DNA from: Thermoplasmata archaeon
GTDB lineage: Archaea; Thermoplasmatota; Thermoplasmata; GCA-020350865
Assembly (NCBI GenBank): GCA_020348445.1
Contig: CP070751.1
Coordinates: 3,651,418 to 3,665,973 of the forward strand
DNA length: 14,556 bases
Direction: 5' to 3'
Part shown: one piece after another, positions 13,341-14,556 of the stretch
Layout of the letters: each line of letters opens with the position of its first letter
Position numbering within the stretch: position 1 is the first letter of the stretch
Notes under the pieces: generated by a model
The model's database searches: none
Told to the model about the DNA's origin: nothing
Seen by the model: only the letters and a program-made list of their open reading frames with translations
Translations under genes and position numbers: made by a program

Positions 13341-14175
13341 TCTGTTTGCTGATAAGGCCCAAAAATTGGCATTCACATTGGTTGTCGTTAGCATTATCGG
13401 ATTGTTCACAATTCCTTTATTTCCCTGGTTTGGATTAAAATCTGATGATACTCATTCCGATACTGGTGAAAAGGTCACAGTCATTGAATACACCTATGGA
13501 AATTCTGGGTATTTACACATGTTAGCGGAATCTAGTTTCTTATTTTCTGATGTTGAGGACGAAATTGAGGATCTAGACGGCGATGTCAGCATGATAAGCC
13601 TTTGTTTTTGGCTTTCCTTATTTTTCGGAATTATCGCAATTGGTGGGGTTGCGTTATATCGCACAGGGAAGGCCCAAGGAACTGCACATGTGATGTTATT
13701 GATAGGTTCCATTATAATCGTTTTCTGTATAATAGCTTTAATTTCCCATGTGACATTCTTTATTCATTTAGGAGATTTTGAAGATGAATTTAGCGATGAT
13801 AGTGAGATAACATATGGTTATAATTACTTTCCATTGATCTTTTTGATAATATTACTTCTAGCTTCCATTGCATATATTGCAATAGTTGTGCCATTTTCTA
13901 AAAGAGCATTATCGCAGATGACTTATGGGGGTGGATATGCGGATCAATACCAATATCCAAAATATCAACAACAGTATCCCCAATATCAACAGCAAGTTAC
14001 ACAAACACCTTCATACCAATATCAACAGCCATCCAGACAACCACCACCAAGGCCATCATCTCTACCCACTGAGGTTTCTTGCCCAACATGCAAATACGTG
14101 ATAGCTGTCAAGGTAGATCGGCTTCCCAAGCCCATAAGATGTCCTCAATGTGGGACAAGGGGATTTATCGAGTAA
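13333..14175 (+). CDS. 4-TM membrane protein with Gln/Tyr/Pro-rich linker and C-terminal zinc ribbon (D), ~280 aa
   Basis: TM1-PW, three more TM segments, a YQQQYPQYQQQ linker and CPTC...CPQCGTRGFIE. The start is either GTG 13324 (inside the SD) or ATA 13333 (5 nt after a perfect GGAGGTGA). Confidence 0.85.
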   Translation: MDNLFADKAQKLAFTLVVVSIIGLFTIPLFPWFGLKSDDTHSDTGEKVTVIEYTYGNSGYLHMLAESSFLFSDVEDEIEDLDGDVSMISLCFWLSLFFGIIAIGGVALYRTGKAQGTAHVMLLIGSIIIVFCIIALISHVTFFIHLGDFEDEFSDDSEITYGYNYFPLIFLIILLLASIAYIAIVVPFSKRALSQMTYGGGYADQYQYPKYQQQYPQYQQQVTQTPSYQYQQPSRQPPPRPSSLPTEVSCPTCKYVIAVKVDRLPKPIRCPQCGTRGFIE

Positions 14176-14185
14176 TTAAAAAGTC

Positions 14186-14556
14186 TCAGCTCACGATCTT
14201 GCCGTCTTCTATCGTGATCATTCTATCAGCATGCTTCGCCACTTTCAGATCATGAGTGACAACAAGAAGTGTGACCTTTTCCTCGGAATTCAACTTCCTC
14301 AATAAATTAACGATCTTTTCGCTGGTTTCACTGTCTATCTCCCCAGTGGGCTCGTCAGCCAGTAGAACAGAGGGTTTGTTGGCAAGTGATCTAGCAATGG
14401 CCACTCTTTGCTGCTCTCCACCGCTGAGTTGGTTTGGATAATGTTTTTCCCTCTGGGTCAAACCCACATTCTCCAGAAGCTGCCTTGTTCTTTTGCGTCT
14501 TTCCTCTCTCGGAACCTTCGCCTCTTTCATTGGCAGCTCAATGTTTTCCATGGCAT
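14186..14556 (-). CDS. LolD/MacB/FtsE-type ABC transporter ATP-binding protein, 3' part (5' end off-window)
   Basis: HYPNQLSGGEQQRVAIARSL signature, Walker B/D-loop LLADEPTGEID and H-loop VTHD. Walker A is absent and the frame stays open to the edge. Confidence 0.93.
   Translation of the reverse strand, partial: AMENIELPMKEAKVPREERRKRTRQLLENVGLTQREKHYPNQLSGGEQQRVAIARSLANKPSVLLADEPTGEIDSETSEKIVNLLRKLNSEEKVTLLVVTHDLKVAKHADRMITIEDGKIVS

Noticed and set aside
1-14556. CRISPR arrays, tRNA/rRNA genes, transposases, integrases
   Set aside because: No repeat-spacer periodicity, cloverleaf or rRNA-like segment, or recombinase motif was seen; almost all sequence is explained by protein-coding genes.

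Overview
Archaeal-looking window: GGAGGTGA-type Shine-Dalgarno (SD) sites and TATA-like promoters. Thermoplasmata-like affinity is my inference from gene style, not a database result. The left ~9 kb is anaerobic redox metabolism. It holds a minus-strand operon (4x[4Fe-4S] protein, tungsten-type aldehyde:ferredoxin oxidoreductase, a 74-aa C4-C2-CH-C2 zinc-finger protein, a MoaD/SAMP-like ubiquitin-fold protein, and a gene running off the left edge), a divergent ~933-aa thioester-reductase/acyl-CoA-synthetase fusion whose real start seems to be ATA, and the iorAB 2-oxoacid:ferredoxin oxidoreductase. The right part holds a Rab-like small GTPase plus Roadblock/LC7 pair, a palindrome-rich spacer, a 34-aa Lys/Thr/Ser micro-protein with its own SD and promoter, four related 4-TM membrane proteins carrying zinc ribbons, and the 3' part of a LolD/MacB-type ABC ATPase. 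I saw no rRNA, tRNA, CRISPR array or mobile element. Several start codons differ from the ORF track and are corrected below.
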